A stretch of DNA of 64,000 nucleotides, from contig WFTT01000102.1 in NCBI GenBank assembly GCA_015485335.1, positions 25,583 to 89,582 of the forward strand. Direction: 5' to 3'. The notes below the pieces were generated by a model that saw only the letters and a list, made by a program, of their open reading frames with translations, searched no databases and was not told the DNA's origin. Below, piece after piece: positions 1 through 10,598 of this stretch. This DNA comes from Robiginitomaculum sp. (GTDB lineage Bacteria; Pseudomonadota; Alphaproteobacteria; Caulobacterales; Maricaulaceae). Each line of letters starts with the position of its first letter. The first letter of the stretch is position 1. Position numbers and translations under genes: made by a program.

Positions 1-1802
1 CGCGCCTGGGGGCGTCCACGCTGTTGATCAGTCCTAGCCGTGATAATTTTGGCCAAATGTCGTGCAATCCGGCCATTGGCGGCATTGGTAAGGGCCATTT
101 GGTGCGCGAAGTGGATGCACTGGATGGCCTGATGGGCAAGGCGGCAGATGCTTCGGGCATACAGTTTCGCCTGCTTAATCGCAGCAAGGGTCCGGCGGTG
201 CAGGGTCCGCGCACCCAATCTGACCGCAAGCTTTATCAGGCAGCGATGGCCGGATTGATCGACGAGCAGGAAAATCTGACGACTTGCGAAGACCGGGTCG
301 AAGATATTGAAATCCGAGATAATAAGGTTGAAGCTGTTTTGTGCGCCAGTGGTACGCGCTATGCTTGCGCTGCCCTGGTGCTGACCACCGGTACGTTCTT
401 GAACGGGGTTATTCATCGCGGCGCAGAACAGGAAGCGGCCGGCCGTTTTGGCGAGGCCCCCTCCATAGGGCTGGCCAAAACCCTGGCGGCGCTGAACCTG
501 CCTATGGGCCGGCTTAAAACCGGCACGCCGGCGCGCCTTGAGAAAGACAGCATAGATTGGGACGCGCTGGAAATGCAGGCTGCAGACGAGCACCCGGTGC
601 CACTGTCCTTTTTGACCGAGGCCATTACCGTGCCGCAAATCGCCTGCGGGATTAGCTGGACCAACCCTCGGACCCACAAGATTATTGCTGAAAACCTTGC
701 TCTTTCGGCCATGCATGCGGGCAATATCAGCGGGACGGGGCCACGCTATTGTCCCTCCATTGAGGATAAAATCTCCCGTTTTGCCGACAAGTCTGGCCAC
801 CAGGTGTTTTTAGAACCCGAAGGGCTGGACAGTTCGCTGGTTTACCCCAACGGCATTTCTACCTCTCTGCCAGCTGAAGTACAGGATCAGTTTTTGCGCA
901 CCATGGATGGTATGAAAAACGTCCGGGTACATCGTTATGGCTATGCCATAGAATATGACTATGTGGATCCACGGGCCCTGAAAGCCAGCCTGCAGGTAAA
1001 ATCGGTCACCGGGCTTTATCTGGCCGGTCAAATCAATGGCACCACCGGTTATGAAGAAGCCGCGGCGCAAGGCCTGCTCGCGGGCCTGAACGCAGCGCTT
1101 TATGCCGCCGGGGGGGCATCTGCGTTTGTGCCTGATCGCAGCGAGGCTTATCTGGGCGTGATGGTCGACGATTTGACCAGCCATGGGGTTAGCGAGCCAT
1201 ATCGCATGTACACGTCGCGTGCCGAATATCGTCTCAGCCTGCGGGCCGATAATGCAGATCAGCGCCTGACGCCCATAGGGCTGGCCCTGGGGTGTATTGG
1301 CCGGGAGCGTAAAACCGCCTTTGAGCAAAAAAGCAAAGCCCTTAAGGCGGCACGCGCTTTGGCCCATCAGTGCCAGAAAACCCCGCAGGAGCTGGAAAAG
1401 GTTGGCATCAAGGTCAATCAGGACGGGGCGCGGCGCACGCCTTTGGACATTTTGGCCTATCCAGACAAGGATTGGGATGATGTCATCCGGGCCTGGCCAT
1501 CCATGGGTTCGATAGATCCAAAAATTGCCGAACAATTGGCCATTGATGCCCGTTATGCCGGGTATCTGGAACGCCAGCAACGAGATGTAAAACGTTTTAA
1601 ACGCGAAGAGCACCAGCGCCTTCCCGAAGGCATTGATTATCACCAGATCTCTGGGCTTTCCAACGAAGCCAGGGAAAAGCTGACTCAGGCCCAACCGGAA
1701 ACCCTTGGCCAGGCGGGTCGTCTGGAAGGGGTTTCACCCGGGGCCATTGCGCTGTTGTCGCATTATGTAAAACGCACCAATCAGCAAAAAGCGCGGGCCT
1801 GA
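1..1802 (+). CDS. mnmG: tRNA uridine 5-carboxymethylaminomethyl modification enzyme MnmG (GidA), 5' end cut by window edge
   Basis: The frame is open from base 3 ([42 protein letters not shown]). The translation shows typical MnmG core and C-terminal helices. rsmG-parA-parB follow directly. Confidence 0.95.
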   Translation, partial: RLGASTLLISPSRDNFGQMSCNPAIGGIGKGHLVREVDALDGLMGKAADASGIQFRLLNRSKGPAVQGPRTQSDRKLYQAAMAGLIDEQENLTTCEDRVEDIEIRDNKVEAVLCASGTRYACAALVLTTGTFLNGVIHRGAEQEAAGRFGEAPSIGLAKTLAALNLPMGRLKTGTPARLEKDSIDWDALEMQAADEHPVPLSFLTEAITVPQIACGISWTNPRTHKIIAENLALSAMHAGNISGTGPRYCPSIEDKISRFADKSGHQVFLEPEGLDSSLVYPNGISTSLPAEVQDQFLRTMDGMKNVRVHRYGYAIEYDYVDPRALKASLQVKSVTGLYLAGQINGTTGYEEAAAQGLLAGLNAALYAAGGASAFVPDRSEAYLGVMVDDLTSHGVSEPYRMYTSRAEYRLSLRADNADQRLTPIGLALGCIGRERKTAFEQKSKALKAARALAHQCQKTPQELEKVGIKVNQDGARRTPLDILAYPDKDWDDVIRAWPSMGSIDPKIAEQLAIDARYAGYLERQQRDVKRFKREEHQRLPEGIDYHQISGLSNEAREKLTQAQPETLGQAGRLEGVSPGAIALLSHYVKRTNQQKARA

Positions 1803-1809
1803 GCGGGCC

Positions 1810-2454
1810 ATGTCGGATACCCAAATTCCAAACTCAAAAGGCCGCGATAATTTTGCCCGCCATATGGATGTTTCACGTGAAACACTGGCGCGTTTTTCTT
1901 GCTGGCATGAGCTTTTGTGTAAATGGTCCCAAAAAATCAATTTGGTGGCGCCGGGCACCTTGCCCGCCTTTTGGACCCGCCATGCCCTGGACAGCGCCCA
2001 ATTGGCCGCACTTGTACCCAAAGAGGCCAAAAGGCTGATCGACCTTGGTTCAGGCGCGGGCTTTCCCGGTCTGGCCATCGCGTTGATGCGCATGGAAAAC
2101 CAACCGGTGCAGGTAACCTTGGTGGAATCAAATGCCAAAAAGGCTGCTTTTTTGCGGGTTTGCATCAAAGAAACCGGCGCGCCAGCCGAAGTGATCTGCG
2201 CCCGCTCTGAATCATTGCCCCCACAGGCCTATGATGTCATAACGGCCAGAGCGTTGGCGCCATTACCGCGTTTGCTGGCATTAAGTGCGCCCTTTGTCGG
2301 GCCACAAACCTTGCAATTGTTTCCCAAGGGCGCCGAAGTGAAAACAGAAATAAGCGAAGCGTGCAAAGATTGGGCGCTGGCCTATGAAACCATACCAAGC
2401 ATGACGGAAAAGGCCGCCAGTATTTTGAAAATCAGGAAAGCCCACCGTGTCTAG
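1810..2454 (+). CDS. rsmG: 16S rRNA (guanine527-N7)-methyltransferase RsmG (GidB)
   Basis: 214 aa with the SAM-binding motif IDLGSGAGFPGLAIA. The VSRET segment carries parS. Canonical position after mnmG. Confidence 0.9.
   Translation: MSDTQIPNSKGRDNFARHMDVSRETLARFSCWHELLCKWSQKINLVAPGTLPAFWTRHALDSAQLAALVPKEAKRLIDLGSGAGFPGLAIALMRMENQPVQVTLVESNAKKAAFLRVCIKETGAPAEVICARSESLPPQAYDVITARALAPLPRLLALSAPFVGPQTLQLFPKGAEVKTEISEACKDWALAYETIPSMTEKAASILKIRKAHRV
1869..1884. promoter_or_regulatory. parS centromere site, perfect 16-bp palindrome TGTTTCACGTGAAACA
   Basis: Exact match to the canonical parS consensus, read directly in the sequence. It lies inside rsmG, about 1.4 kb upstream of parB. Confidence 0.85.
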
Positions 2455-3250
2455 TTCGCCAGCAGGTCTTCGTATTATTGCGGTTGCCAACCAAAAGGGC
2501 GGGGTGGGCAAAACCACCACCACGATAAATTTGGCTACGGCCCTGTGCGCCATTGGTAAAAAAACCCTGATATTGGATCTGGACCCCCAGGGCAATGCCT
2601 CCACCGGGTTGGGTGTGGATCATGCATCACGCCATACCACCACCTATGACGTGGTGGTTGGCAAGGTGCCCTTGTTAAAATCCATTATCCACACCAAGGT
2701 GCCGGGGCTTCATATTGCGCCAGCCGAGGCAGATCTGGCTGGGGCAGAGCTGGAGCTAGCCAATGTTTCACGGCGTTCCCACCGGCTTAAAGATGCGCTG
2801 GAAGATTTGAAGAAAAACAGTGATTACGAATATGTGCTGATTGACTGTCCGCCATCGCTAAACGTGCTAACGGTCAATGCCCTGACGGCCGCCGATGCCT
2901 TGCTGGTGCCTTTGCAATGTGAGTTTTTTGCCCTGGAAGGCCTTAGTCAGCTTTTGCGCACCGTAGATCTGGTCAAGGTTAATCTTAACCCTCGTCTGGA
3001 AATTCAGGGTCTGGTACTGACCATGTATGATCCGCGCAATAATTTATCCAAACAGGTATCCGAAGATGTGCGCAAGCATTTTGGTGACAAGGTTTATGAG
3101 ACCGTGATCCCACGCAATGTCCGGGTTTCCGAGGCGCCGTCCTATGGTAAACCGGCCCTGATTTATGACCACATGTGTGCCGGCAGTCAGGCCTATATGA
3201 AACTGGCCAGCGAAGTGATCCGCCGCGAAAATAAAGTGAGAGCATTATGA
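2447..3250 (+). CDS. parA: chromosome partitioning ATPase ParA
   Basis: Deviant Walker A motif NQKGGVGKTTTTINLA. 267 aa. Overlaps the rsmG stop and is followed by parB. Confidence 0.93.
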   Translation: MSSSPAGLRIIAVANQKGGVGKTTTTINLATALCAIGKKTLILDLDPQGNASTGLGVDHASRHTTTYDVVVGKVPLLKSIIHTKVPGLHIAPAEADLAGAELELANVSRRSHRLKDALEDLKKNSDYEYVLIDCPPSLNVLTVNALTAADALLVPLQCEFFALEGLSQLLRTVDLVKVNLNPRLEIQGLVLTMYDPRNNLSKQVSEDVRKHFGDKVYETVIPRNVRVSEAPSYGKPALIYDHMCAGSQAYMKLASEVIRRENKVRAL

Positions 3251-4128
3251 GTGAGCATCCCAAGGGACAACGGTTAGGGCGCGGTTTGTCCGCCTTGCTG
3301 GGTGAGACAGAGCCGGCGGAAAACGTTGCGCCGAACATGAACCAGGACAATCGCGTTCCCATTGAATCTCTCAGCCGCAATCCGGACCAACCCCGGCGGC
3401 GGTTTGATGAAGAGGCTATGGAGGAGCTGACGCGCTCGATTGCGGAAAAAGGGGTGTTGCAACCCATTATTGTTCGTCCCATTCCCGGTGGTGGCGGTTA
3501 TCAGATTGTTGCCGGCGAGCGCCGTTGGCGTGCCGCGCAACGGGCGGGCCTGCACGAAGTGCCCGTGGTTGCGCGAGACCTGTCTGATCGCGAAGTGATG
3601 GAAATTGCGCTGGTGGAAAATATCCAGCGGACGGATCTGGATCCCATCGAAGAGGCCCGCGGATTTTCGGTGCTGTCTGAACAGTTCAATCATACCCAGG
3701 AAGACATTGCCCGGGTGGTTGGAAAAAGCCGTGCCGCCATTGCCAATGCCATTCGCCTTCTTGGTTTGCCTTCATCGGTACAGGAAATGATTTGTGATGG
3801 CCGGTTAAGCGCTGGACATGGGCGGGCGCTGATTAACACGCCAAACCCTGAAGAAATGGCGGCCCGGGTGGCGGCCCAGGGTCTTAATGTCCGCCAGACC
3901 GAAGAATTGGCCCGCCAGGCCAGTGCCGCCCCGGAAACCAAAGGCCGGTCGGGCAAATCCACCCATGGTAAGGACCCCGATACACTAGCATTAGAAGAAG
4001 ACCTGACCCGGCGTCTGGGTCTGGCGGTGTCGATAAGCTCGCGCGCCAATGGTTCTGGTCAGTTACAGATTAATTTCAGCACACTGGAACAGTTGGACGA
4101 CCTGTGCCGTCGCCTGACTCAGGACTGA
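3247..4128 (+). CDS. parB: chromosome partitioning protein ParB
   Basis: ParB box IVAGERRWRAAQRAGL and LVENIQRTDL, plus an HTH region. Its ATG overlaps the parA stop (ATGA). Confidence 0.93.
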   Translation: MSEHPKGQRLGRGLSALLGETEPAENVAPNMNQDNRVPIESLSRNPDQPRRRFDEEAMEELTRSIAEKGVLQPIIVRPIPGGGGYQIVAGERRWRAAQRAGLHEVPVVARDLSDREVMEIALVENIQRTDLDPIEEARGFSVLSEQFNHTQEDIARVVGKSRAAIANAIRLLGLPSSVQEMICDGRLSAGHGRALINTPNPEEMAARVAAQGLNVRQTEELARQASAAPETKGRSGKSTHGKDPDTLALEEDLTRRLGLAVSISSRANGSGQLQINFSTLEQLDDLCRRLTQD

Positions 4129-4144
4129 TCGGGTACAATTTGGT

Positions 4145-5185
4145 TTAGGGTTTACCGGCGCTGATTTTTATAACCAGTCGCGCTAACAGGTTTTGGGGCT
4201 GTGCCCCACTTCTTTTCATTGCCCGCTCGGTCGCCAGACAGTGTTCCAATACGCGTAACAGCGCCGGCGTTGACCACCGGCCAAGTTGACGTGAAAAGCG
4301 CGATTGAAGTGCAAAAAACACCGGTGGGCGCAGGCTTGCCATGGCTGATTTTATATCACGACCGGCTTCAATGGCTGTTTTGGCTTCGGCTAGACGCATA
4401 AAATGACGTTGCAAAGCCCGTAACAGGGCGATGGCAGATTGGCCAGCTTCGGTGGCGCGAACCAGCTGCTGGTCAGCCTTTCTGGTATCGCCATCGGCAA
4501 CAGCATGGGTAAAGGCATCAAGGTTTTGCGCCTGCGTGTCTGTTATAATGGCCATCACATCTTCAATGCGGATCAGGCTGTCTTTGCTCTGGGTGGCATA
4601 AAGGGTGAGTTTGTTCAGCTCGCTATTGGCCAAAGCGCGATCAGACGGCAAGCGGGCCAGCAAATGATCCAGCGCTCCATCGTCATATTGCAGGTTATGG
4701 TGTTGCGCCATTTCCATGGCCTGTTCACGCAAATCAGCCAAGCCCGGGGCGTAACAGGGAATGGCCATGGCCAGGGTTTTATCCTGTTCTATGGATTTGC
4801 GTAAAATCGATCGGGGGCTGAGATCCCCGGCCTCGATCAGCAACAGGGCAGCGGGCGTGATTTCTTTGGCACTTAAGGCGCCTAGCAGGTCTTTAACCGC
4901 TTTGGCTGATTGATCGGCACTGGTTTTAAGGCGAACCACCCGCTTGCCACCGCCCAAAGCCATGGCACAGACGCTGTCCTGTAAAATGGCCGGGTCTGAT
5001 TTTACGTCGGACTGGCTAAGCCCGGTCTGGGCAAATGGTCCCGCATCCTTGCCAAGATAAGAGGTCTCCAGCGTCTGCGCGCGTTCGGAAACCAAGCCAT
5101 GATCAGGCCCGTAAAGAAGGATGATATAAACGGCCGGATCAGGGTTTTTAATAAACCGGTTTATGGCGGAGCCAGAGAGTTTCAA
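4145..5185 (-). CDS. holA: DNA polymerase III delta subunit
   Basis: 346 aa with an N-terminal LLYGPD motif. Conserved leuS-lptE-holA synteny. Confidence 0.8.
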   Translation of the reverse strand: MKLSGSAINRFIKNPDPAVYIILLYGPDHGLVSERAQTLETSYLGKDAGPFAQTGLSQSDVKSDPAILQDSVCAMALGGGKRVVRLKTSADQSAKAVKDLLGALSAKEITPAALLLIEAGDLSPRSILRKSIEQDKTLAMAIPCYAPGLADLREQAMEMAQHHNLQYDDGALDHLLARLPSDRALANSELNKLTLYATQSKDSLIRIEDVMAIITDTQAQNLDAFTHAVADGDTRKADQQLVRATEAGQSAIALLRALQRHFMRLAEAKTAIEAGRDIKSAMASLRPPVFFALQSRFSRQLGRWSTPALLRVLEHCLATERAMKRSGAQPQNLLARLVIKISAGKP

Positions 5186-5682
5186 CGCTCTTCCGGAAGG
5201 TTGGCAAAGAATACCGCCAGATCATTCATGACTTTTTCTGCCAGGACCAGCGCCGCAGTTTCTTCGGCGTGCTGTTCGGCGGCAATGGCGCCATAAGGTT
5301 GATCCGGAACATCAAAGGCAGCTTCGCTAATGGCATTGCCCTTATAGGCAATTTTGCCGTCACGATCGCGAACCGTATAGCGCGCCCGCAGCGTCAGTCG
5401 CGCCCGGGTGGAAACATCATCAATCCGCACACCGACATTGGCTTGGGTTTTTCGTAAATTTGTTTCCAGTACATAGGTGCCGGACTGGCCCGTCTGAATG
5501 CCGCCGCGATCTTGTAGAGCCTGGGCAAACAAAAAGCCGGCACGGCTTTCAACCGGGGCCAGGCTCAGATTTTCAAAGCTGCGCCGTACCGCGGTGTTTT
5601 CCCCATATAAGGGTTGAAAACCGGCACAGGCCGACAGCAAAATCAGCAGGCAGGCAGACAAACTGTATTGAAAAAATCTCAT
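5182..5682 (-). CDS. lptE: LPS-assembly lipoprotein LptE
   Basis: Lipobox LLSAC after the signal peptide. 166 aa. Located between leuS and holA with 4-nt overlaps. Confidence 0.75.
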   Translation of the reverse strand: MRFFQYSLSACLLILLSACAGFQPLYGENTAVRRSFENLSLAPVESRAGFLFAQALQDRGGIQTGQSGTYVLETNLRKTQANVGVRIDDVSTRARLTLRARYTVRDRDGKIAYKGNAISEAAFDVPDQPYGAIAAEQHAEETAALVLAEKVMNDLAVFFANLPEER

Positions 5683-5683
5683 A

Positions 5684-8230
5684 TTAATTGGCCACTATGT
5701 TGACGATGCGGTCAGGCACAACAATGACTTTGCGCACGGTAAGGCCCTTAAGTGCCCGAATTGCCCCCTCATTGGCAAGAGCGCGTTTTTCCGCTTCGTC
5801 CTTGGGCAGGCCGCGCGGGGCCGAATACTCGCCCCGGCGCTTGCCGTTGATTTGTACGGGAATTACGATCTCTTCATCTTCCGACAGTGCCTTGTCATAA
5901 ACCGGCCAGGGGGCCTCGGCGACCAGGCCTTCGCCGCCCAATTTTTTCCAGCAGCTTTCTGCCAGATGAGGGGCAAAAGGCGCCAGCAATTGTGCAAAGG
6001 TACGCATGACCGAATTCACATTGGTGTTTTCCGGGGCCTTGCGAATGGCGTTCAGGAAGTCATAAAGCCGCGCAATGGCCCGGTTAAAGCGAAAGCCCTC
6101 AATATCTTCGCCCACGGCACGGATGGTTTTGTGGCGCAGGCGTTCCATGGTCTCATCGGGGGCGTCTGTACCGGTTTTGGCGGCCGCAGCACAGGTGCTG
6201 GTCCATACCCTTTGTACAAAGCGGTTGGCCCCTTCAACACCGGCATTGGTCCACTCCACATCGCGCTCTGGCGGGGAATCGGATAGCACAAACCAGCGGG
6301 CAACATCCGCCCCGTATTTGGCAATAATGTCTTTGGGATCAACGGTATTGAGCCGGGACTTGGACATTTTCTCAATGGCGCCGGCGATGACGGGTTTGCC
6401 GGTGCTGCGTTCGATCCATTTTTCGCCTTGGCGCTCCACCGCCGTGGGCGGCAGCCATTCGCCCTGATCATTTTTATAGGTCTGGTGGGTCACCATGCCT
6501 TGGGTGAACAGGCCGGCAAATGGCTCGTTACCTTCAATGTCCAACAAGCCGCAATCTTTCATGGCGCGGGTAAAAAAGCGCGCATAGAGCAAATGCAAAA
6601 CCGCGTGTTCAACGCCGCCAATATACTGGTCCACTGGCAGATAGTATTTTGAAGATTCCAGATCAACCGGCTCTTCCGCATGGGGCGAGCAAAACCGTGC
6701 AAAATACCAGGACGAGTCTACAAATGTATCCAATGTATCGGTTTCACGAACCGCTTTGCCGCCACAGGTCGGGCACTGGGTTTGCTTCCATTCCTCGGCC
6801 CGTTCAAGCGGGTTGCCGGGCTGATCAAAGCTGACATACTCGGGCAGAGTAACCGGCAGGCTTTCCTCGGCCACGGGCACAACGCCACATTTTTCACAGT
6901 GTACCGCCGGGATTGGGCATCCCCAATAACGCTGGCGGGAAACCCCCCAGTCGCGCAGACGATAATTAATGGTCCGGGTGCCCTGACCGGCGGCCTCGAT
7001 CGCATCACAGGCCTTGGTTATGGCTTCTTCAACCGGCAAGCCGTTCAGAAAACCAGAATTCATCAAGGTGCCGCTGCCGGTATAGGCGGTATCGCCAATT
7101 TCGGCCTCTTCAGGCGTTTTGCCTTCTGGGCAGACCACGGCCAATACGGGCAGATCATATTTGCGGGCAAAGTCCAGGTCGCGCTGATCCCCGGCCGGAC
7201 AGGCAAAAATCGCCCCGGTGCCATAGTTCATCAAAACGAAATTGGCTGTCCAGACCGGTAGGGTTTTTCCCTCGATAAAGGGGTGTTTGACCCGAAGGCC
7301 GGTGTCAATGCCTTCTTTCTCAGCACGCTCGACCGCTTCTTCAGTGGTGCCCAGGCGGGCGCATTTTTCGGCAAAGGCTTTCAGTTCGGGCCTGGATTGT
7401 GCCAGACGCTGGATTACCGGGTGGTCCGGGGCCAGGGCCAGAAAGCTGGCTCCATAGAGCGTGTCCGGGCGCGTGGTATAAACTTCAATGCCATCGATGC
7501 CTTCACAGGGTGTGCTTTCATCCAGGGCAAAGCTGAATTGCAGCCCTTCGGATCGGCCAATCCAGTTGGCCTGCATCATCTTGACCTTGTTTGGCCAGCG
7601 GTCCAGCTCGTCCAGGCCGCGCAACAGGTCTTCGGCATAGTCAGTAATTTTGAAAAACCACTGGGTCAGCTCACGGGTTTCCACCAGCGCACCCGAGCGC
7701 CAGCCACGACCATCAATAACCTGTTCATTGGCCAAAACCGTTTGATCCACCGGGTCCCAATTGACCTTTGAGGATTTTCGATACACCAGCCCGGCTTTCC
7801 AGAAGGCCAGAAATATTTTTTGCTGTTGGCCATAATATTCTGGATCACAGGTGGCAAATTCCCGGCTCCAGTCCAGGGCAAAACCAAGGCGCTGCATCTG
7901 CTCGCGCATGGCATCAATATTTTCATAGGTCCAGGACTTGGGATGGGTTTTGCGCGCCATGGCGGCGTTTTCCGCCGGCATGCCAAAGGCATCCCAGCCC
8001 ATGGGGTGTAATACGGAAAAGCCGTTCGCCAGACGATAGCGGGCGATGACATCACCCATGGAATAATTGCGCACATGGCCCATATGAATCCGCCCCGAAG
8101 GGTAGGGAAACATTTCCAGCACATAGGCCTTTTTCTGGTGGCTATTGTCCGAAGCCGCCTTAAAGGTTTCGGCGTCGTCCCAGGCTTTTTGCCACTTTTT
8201 CTCGCTGGTTGAATGATCGTAAGACATCAT
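5684..8230 (-). CDS. leuS: leucine--tRNA ligase
   Basis: 848 aa with a HIGH-class motif ([11 protein letters not shown]), a KMSKS motif (EKMSKSRLN) and the CP1 editing insertion. Confidence 0.97.
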   Translation of the reverse strand: MMSYDHSTSEKKWQKAWDDAETFKAASDNSHQKKAYVLEMFPYPSGRIHMGHVRNYSMGDVIARYRLANGFSVLHPMGWDAFGMPAENAAMARKTHPKSWTYENIDAMREQMQRLGFALDWSREFATCDPEYYGQQQKIFLAFWKAGLVYRKSSKVNWDPVDQTVLANEQVIDGRGWRSGALVETRELTQWFFKITDYAEDLLRGLDELDRWPNKVKMMQANWIGRSEGLQFSFALDESTPCEGIDGIEVYTTRPDTLYGASFLALAPDHPVIQRLAQSRPELKAFAEKCARLGTTEEAVERAEKEGIDTGLRVKHPFIEGKTLPVWTANFVLMNYGTGAIFACPAGDQRDLDFARKYDLPVLAVVCPEGKTPEEAEIGDTAYTGSGTLMNSGFLNGLPVEEAITKACDAIEAAGQGTRTINYRLRDWGVSRQRYWGCPIPAVHCEKCGVVPVAEESLPVTLPEYVSFDQPGNPLERAEEWKQTQCPTCGGKAVRETDTLDTFVDSSWYFARFCSPHAEEPVDLESSKYYLPVDQYIGGVEHAVLHLLYARFFTRAMKDCGLLDIEGNEPFAGLFTQGMVTHQTYKNDQGEWLPPTAVERQGEKWIERSTGKPVIAGAIEKMSKSRLNTVDPKDIIAKYGADVARWFVLSDSPPERDVEWTNAGVEGANRFVQRVWTSTCAAAAKTGTDAPDETMERLRHKTIRAVGEDIEGFRFNRAIARLYDFLNAIRKAPENTNVNSVMRTFAQLLAPFAPHLAESCWKKLGGEGLVAEAPWPVYDKALSEDEEIVIPVQINGKRRGEYSAPRGLPKDEAEKRALANEGAIRALKGLTVRKVIVVPDRIVNIVAN

Positions 8231-8231
8231 A

Positions 8232-8264
8232 ATAAACCATAACTTTCAAATTTTTATGGTTTAT
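8232..8264 (-). other. perfect 11-bp AT-rich hairpin between the DUF3576 stop and the leuS start
   Basis: ATAAACCATAA (8232..8242) pairs with TTATGGTTTAT (8254..8264) around an 11-nt loop. The hairpin ends 1 nt upstream of the leuS ATG. Confidence 0.6.
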
Positions 8265-8725
8265 CCCAGGGTGGAAATTTTTAATTCCCTGGCACGGGTA
8301 AGAATGGCATTTTCAATCTGGATTTCCGTATCAGGATCCACATCGGCATCTACCCAATGACCATCATCGCTCAGTTTTTGCTTGAACACGGAAACCTTGA
8401 TGGCGTCGGCCCGCAAACGTGTGTCCAGAATATAAACCGTCGCCTTGAAGCGTTCCTTGGGGGCGGTGGCTTCGCTGTGCCAACCGGTAATGATTACGCC
8501 CCCATAAGGGTCCGCAGAGTTAAGGGGCATAAACTCGATCGTTTCCAGCGCGGCCCGCCATAAAAAGCTGTTTACACCAATGCCGGATACAGATTTGGAC
8601 TTGCTAAACAAACCGCCAGAGCGTTTGGCGCCGGTATCTGACCGGCCTTTGCTGCCAATGGTAGAGCATGAGGCAATGGCAGTGGTCGCCAAAATGATAA
8701 TGGCGATGCGAACATTTGCACGCAT
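8261..8725 (-). CDS. DUF3576-like lipoprotein
   Basis: Signal peptide with lipobox AIASCS. 154 aa. As I recall, this family commonly sits upstream of leuS in alphaproteobacteria. Confidence 0.6.
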   Translation of the reverse strand: MRANVRIAIIILATTAIASCSTIGSKGRSDTGAKRSGGLFSKSKSVSGIGVNSFLWRAALETIEFMPLNSADPYGGVIITGWHSEATAPKERFKATVYILDTRLRADAIKVSVFKQKLSDDGHWVDADVDPDTEIQIENAILTRARELKISTLG

Positions 8726-9173
8726 AGATTTTCTCCGTATGAAACGGCAGGTTTGCCGTGAACATAATTCGACCGCGTGTATACCATGCTGATCCGTCTA
8801 GGCCAGTCTTGCTTTACAGGCCGGACGCGTATTTTCGCGGACTTCTCCAAAAACATTTGTTGCTCTTGGGCCACAATATCAAAGAAGCACAAGATCAGGG
8901 TCTATTTTTTCTTGACCCTGATTGTCCCATCGTCCATGGAAAATGCTGGCGTCCGGGGGATGGGGCTGCTCGCGGCCGGTCACAGTCAGTTCGTAATCAG
9001 AGGATTACGGCGCTGTGACCGGATCGCAGCTCACCTCTAGGCATCTATGTGAGCAGGTACTAAATTAAGTAGGGTTCTTTCAGGCATTAATATAATCTTG
9101 ATGGAATCCAGTTAGAATGCACCAGTATTGATTATGGTGGTGCCCAAGGGACGAGCAGGGATCTGATCAAAGC

Positions 9174-9608
9174 ATGAAGCGCATGCAGTCCATATTGGCC
9201 GTTTTGGCCTTTTCGGTTTTCGCCGGGCCCGTTATGTCCGACGAAGTTACTGGTGTGCGCGCTGCGGATTCATCTTTACCCTGGAACCGCGCCTTTACCG
9301 TTCGGGATGAAAGCCGCGATGACAGTCGCTCGGTTGTGCCAATTCGCACACCGGGGGTTGCTATTCCCGCCAGCAGCAAATGGGGCGTGACGGTAAACTT
9401 TGATATCAAAGACAGCGCCTATGAAAATATGGACCGCATGAGCGCCGGTGCCTATTTTGATCTCAGTCCCCGCATTCGCCTTGGCGGCAGCCTCAGCTTT
9501 GGGGCACCGGGGGATCTGCGTATCTCCACACCCAACGATCGGGTGCTGCCCTCGCTTTCCAGCGAAAAAGATTCGGCGATCCGGATCGAATCCTCCATTA
9601 AATTCTGA
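9174..9608 (+). CDS. hypothetical secreted protein
   Basis: 144-aa ORF with an N-terminal signal peptide (MKRMQSILAVLAFSVFAGPVMS). I do not recognise a family. Confidence 0.5.
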   Translation: MKRMQSILAVLAFSVFAGPVMSDEVTGVRAADSSLPWNRAFTVRDESRDDSRSVVPIRTPGVAIPASSKWGVTVNFDIKDSAYENMDRMSAGAYFDLSPRIRLGGSLSFGAPGDLRISTPNDRVLPSLSSEKDSAIRIESSIKF

Positions 9609-9629
9609 TTTAAGCCCCGTATTCAGGCG

Positions 9630-10598
9630 CTATGGGCTGTTCGCAGCGCGTAATAGCGGTGCCTCTGTCGCAGGACTATGGTTATCAAACGGGTTTGCCG
9701 GCAGATCATCTTTTGGTAACTGAATGTCTTTTGTGTCCTGGGAAAGGGGCTGTGCGATCTGGCTTTTACAGATTGACGAAAGCCTGGCCCCCATGCGCCA
9801 CCGATCCCGGTAACGGTTTATCAGCCCGGTAAACACCAACAATACCAAAACGGGCGCATACCAGCACAAGACTGCGCCGTGGGCGCTGCCAAATCCAAAC
9901 AGGCGGGTTTTCAGGATAAACAGCAACAGGGCAAAAACCGGTACAGTCAGGAACCGCAAGGACCGGGACCATAAAATCAGGACCAGAATGAAGGCGGCCA
10001 CATATAAAATAGCACCATGATCCTGCAGGGATCCAAAAGAGGCAGACGTCTGGACTGTCCAGGCTGGCATGGGCAGCCAGCCAAATGCCGCATTCAAAGC
10101 CGGAGAGACCGTATCCCACAGGGGACGCAGGGGCGAAAACAGGCGTGCCTCTGTATCGGATATGAAACTGGCGATCTGGCGGGCAAAATAACCGCGTTCG
10201 GTAATAATGGCGGCGATGCTGAGAAAAACAAAGCTGATCCACCAATATAAAGAGCGGCAAATCCCGGCTTTTTTCAGCAAGGTCTGTAAAGGTTCCACAC
10301 GCTGGCGCTCTCGCTGGGTGCGGTTGATCACGGCGGCCAGGATTTCAGGCTTGTTTTTGCCTCGGCTGAGTAAAACCTGCGTAATGACATCGCCGGGCTG
10401 GCAATGAATGTTCCATTGTGCCGCATCGGCGACACAAACAGAGCCATCCTTAAACCTCAGTTCCAGCTTTTTGGTTTCGCCGGCCTGGTCCTGTGCATCC
10501 GTAGTCGGCACCGCCACAACCCCATCGCGCAAAGCATAGTGTACTTTGCGGCGACCATATTTTTGTTTGCTTAGATGTTGTGATAGCCCGCTCATCAT
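9630..10598 (-). CDS. hypothetical membrane protein (soluble N-terminal domain plus about 5 TM segments)
   Basis: 322-aa ORF with several hydrophobic helices after residue ~105. I do not recognise a family. Confidence 0.55.
   Translation of the reverse strand: MMSGLSQHLSKQKYGRRKVHYALRDGVVAVPTTDAQDQAGETKKLELRFKDGSVCVADAAQWNIHCQPGDVITQVLLSRGKNKPEILAAVINRTQRERQRVEPLQTLLKKAGICRSLYWWISFVFLSIAAIITERGYFARQIASFISDTEARLFSPLRPLWDTVSPALNAAFGWLPMPAWTVQTSASFGSLQDHGAILYVAAFILVLILWSRSLRFLTVPVFALLLFILKTRLFGFGSAHGAVLCWYAPVLVLLVFTGLINRYRDRWRMGARLSSICKSQIAQPLSQDTKDIQLPKDDLPANPFDNHSPATEAPLLRAANSP

Noticed and set aside
810-1694. 294-aa minus-strand ORF antisense to mnmG (similar long antisense ORFs at 14715..15530, 15584..16378, 53005..53907, 37970..38644, 41944..42600, 39799..40377 and 11159..11818)
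   Set aside because: These are shadow ORFs typical of GC-rich coding DNA. The translations are low-complexity and Arg/Gly/Pro-rich with no family motifs, and the opposite strand encodes unmistakable conserved proteins.
2685-2693. Consensus DnaA box TTATCCACA, raising the possibility of oriC near gidA/parAB
   Set aside because: It is a single box inside the parA coding sequence. There is no cluster of boxes, no AT-rich unwinding element and no intergenic space here. In alphaproteobacteria oriC is usually elsewhere, for example near hemE.
2764-2779. Additional parS-like half sites (TGTTTCACGG here; similar GTTTCACG half sites near 6741 and 19941)
   Set aside because: Only one half of the palindrome matches, and the second half is unrelated. 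They are expected by chance.
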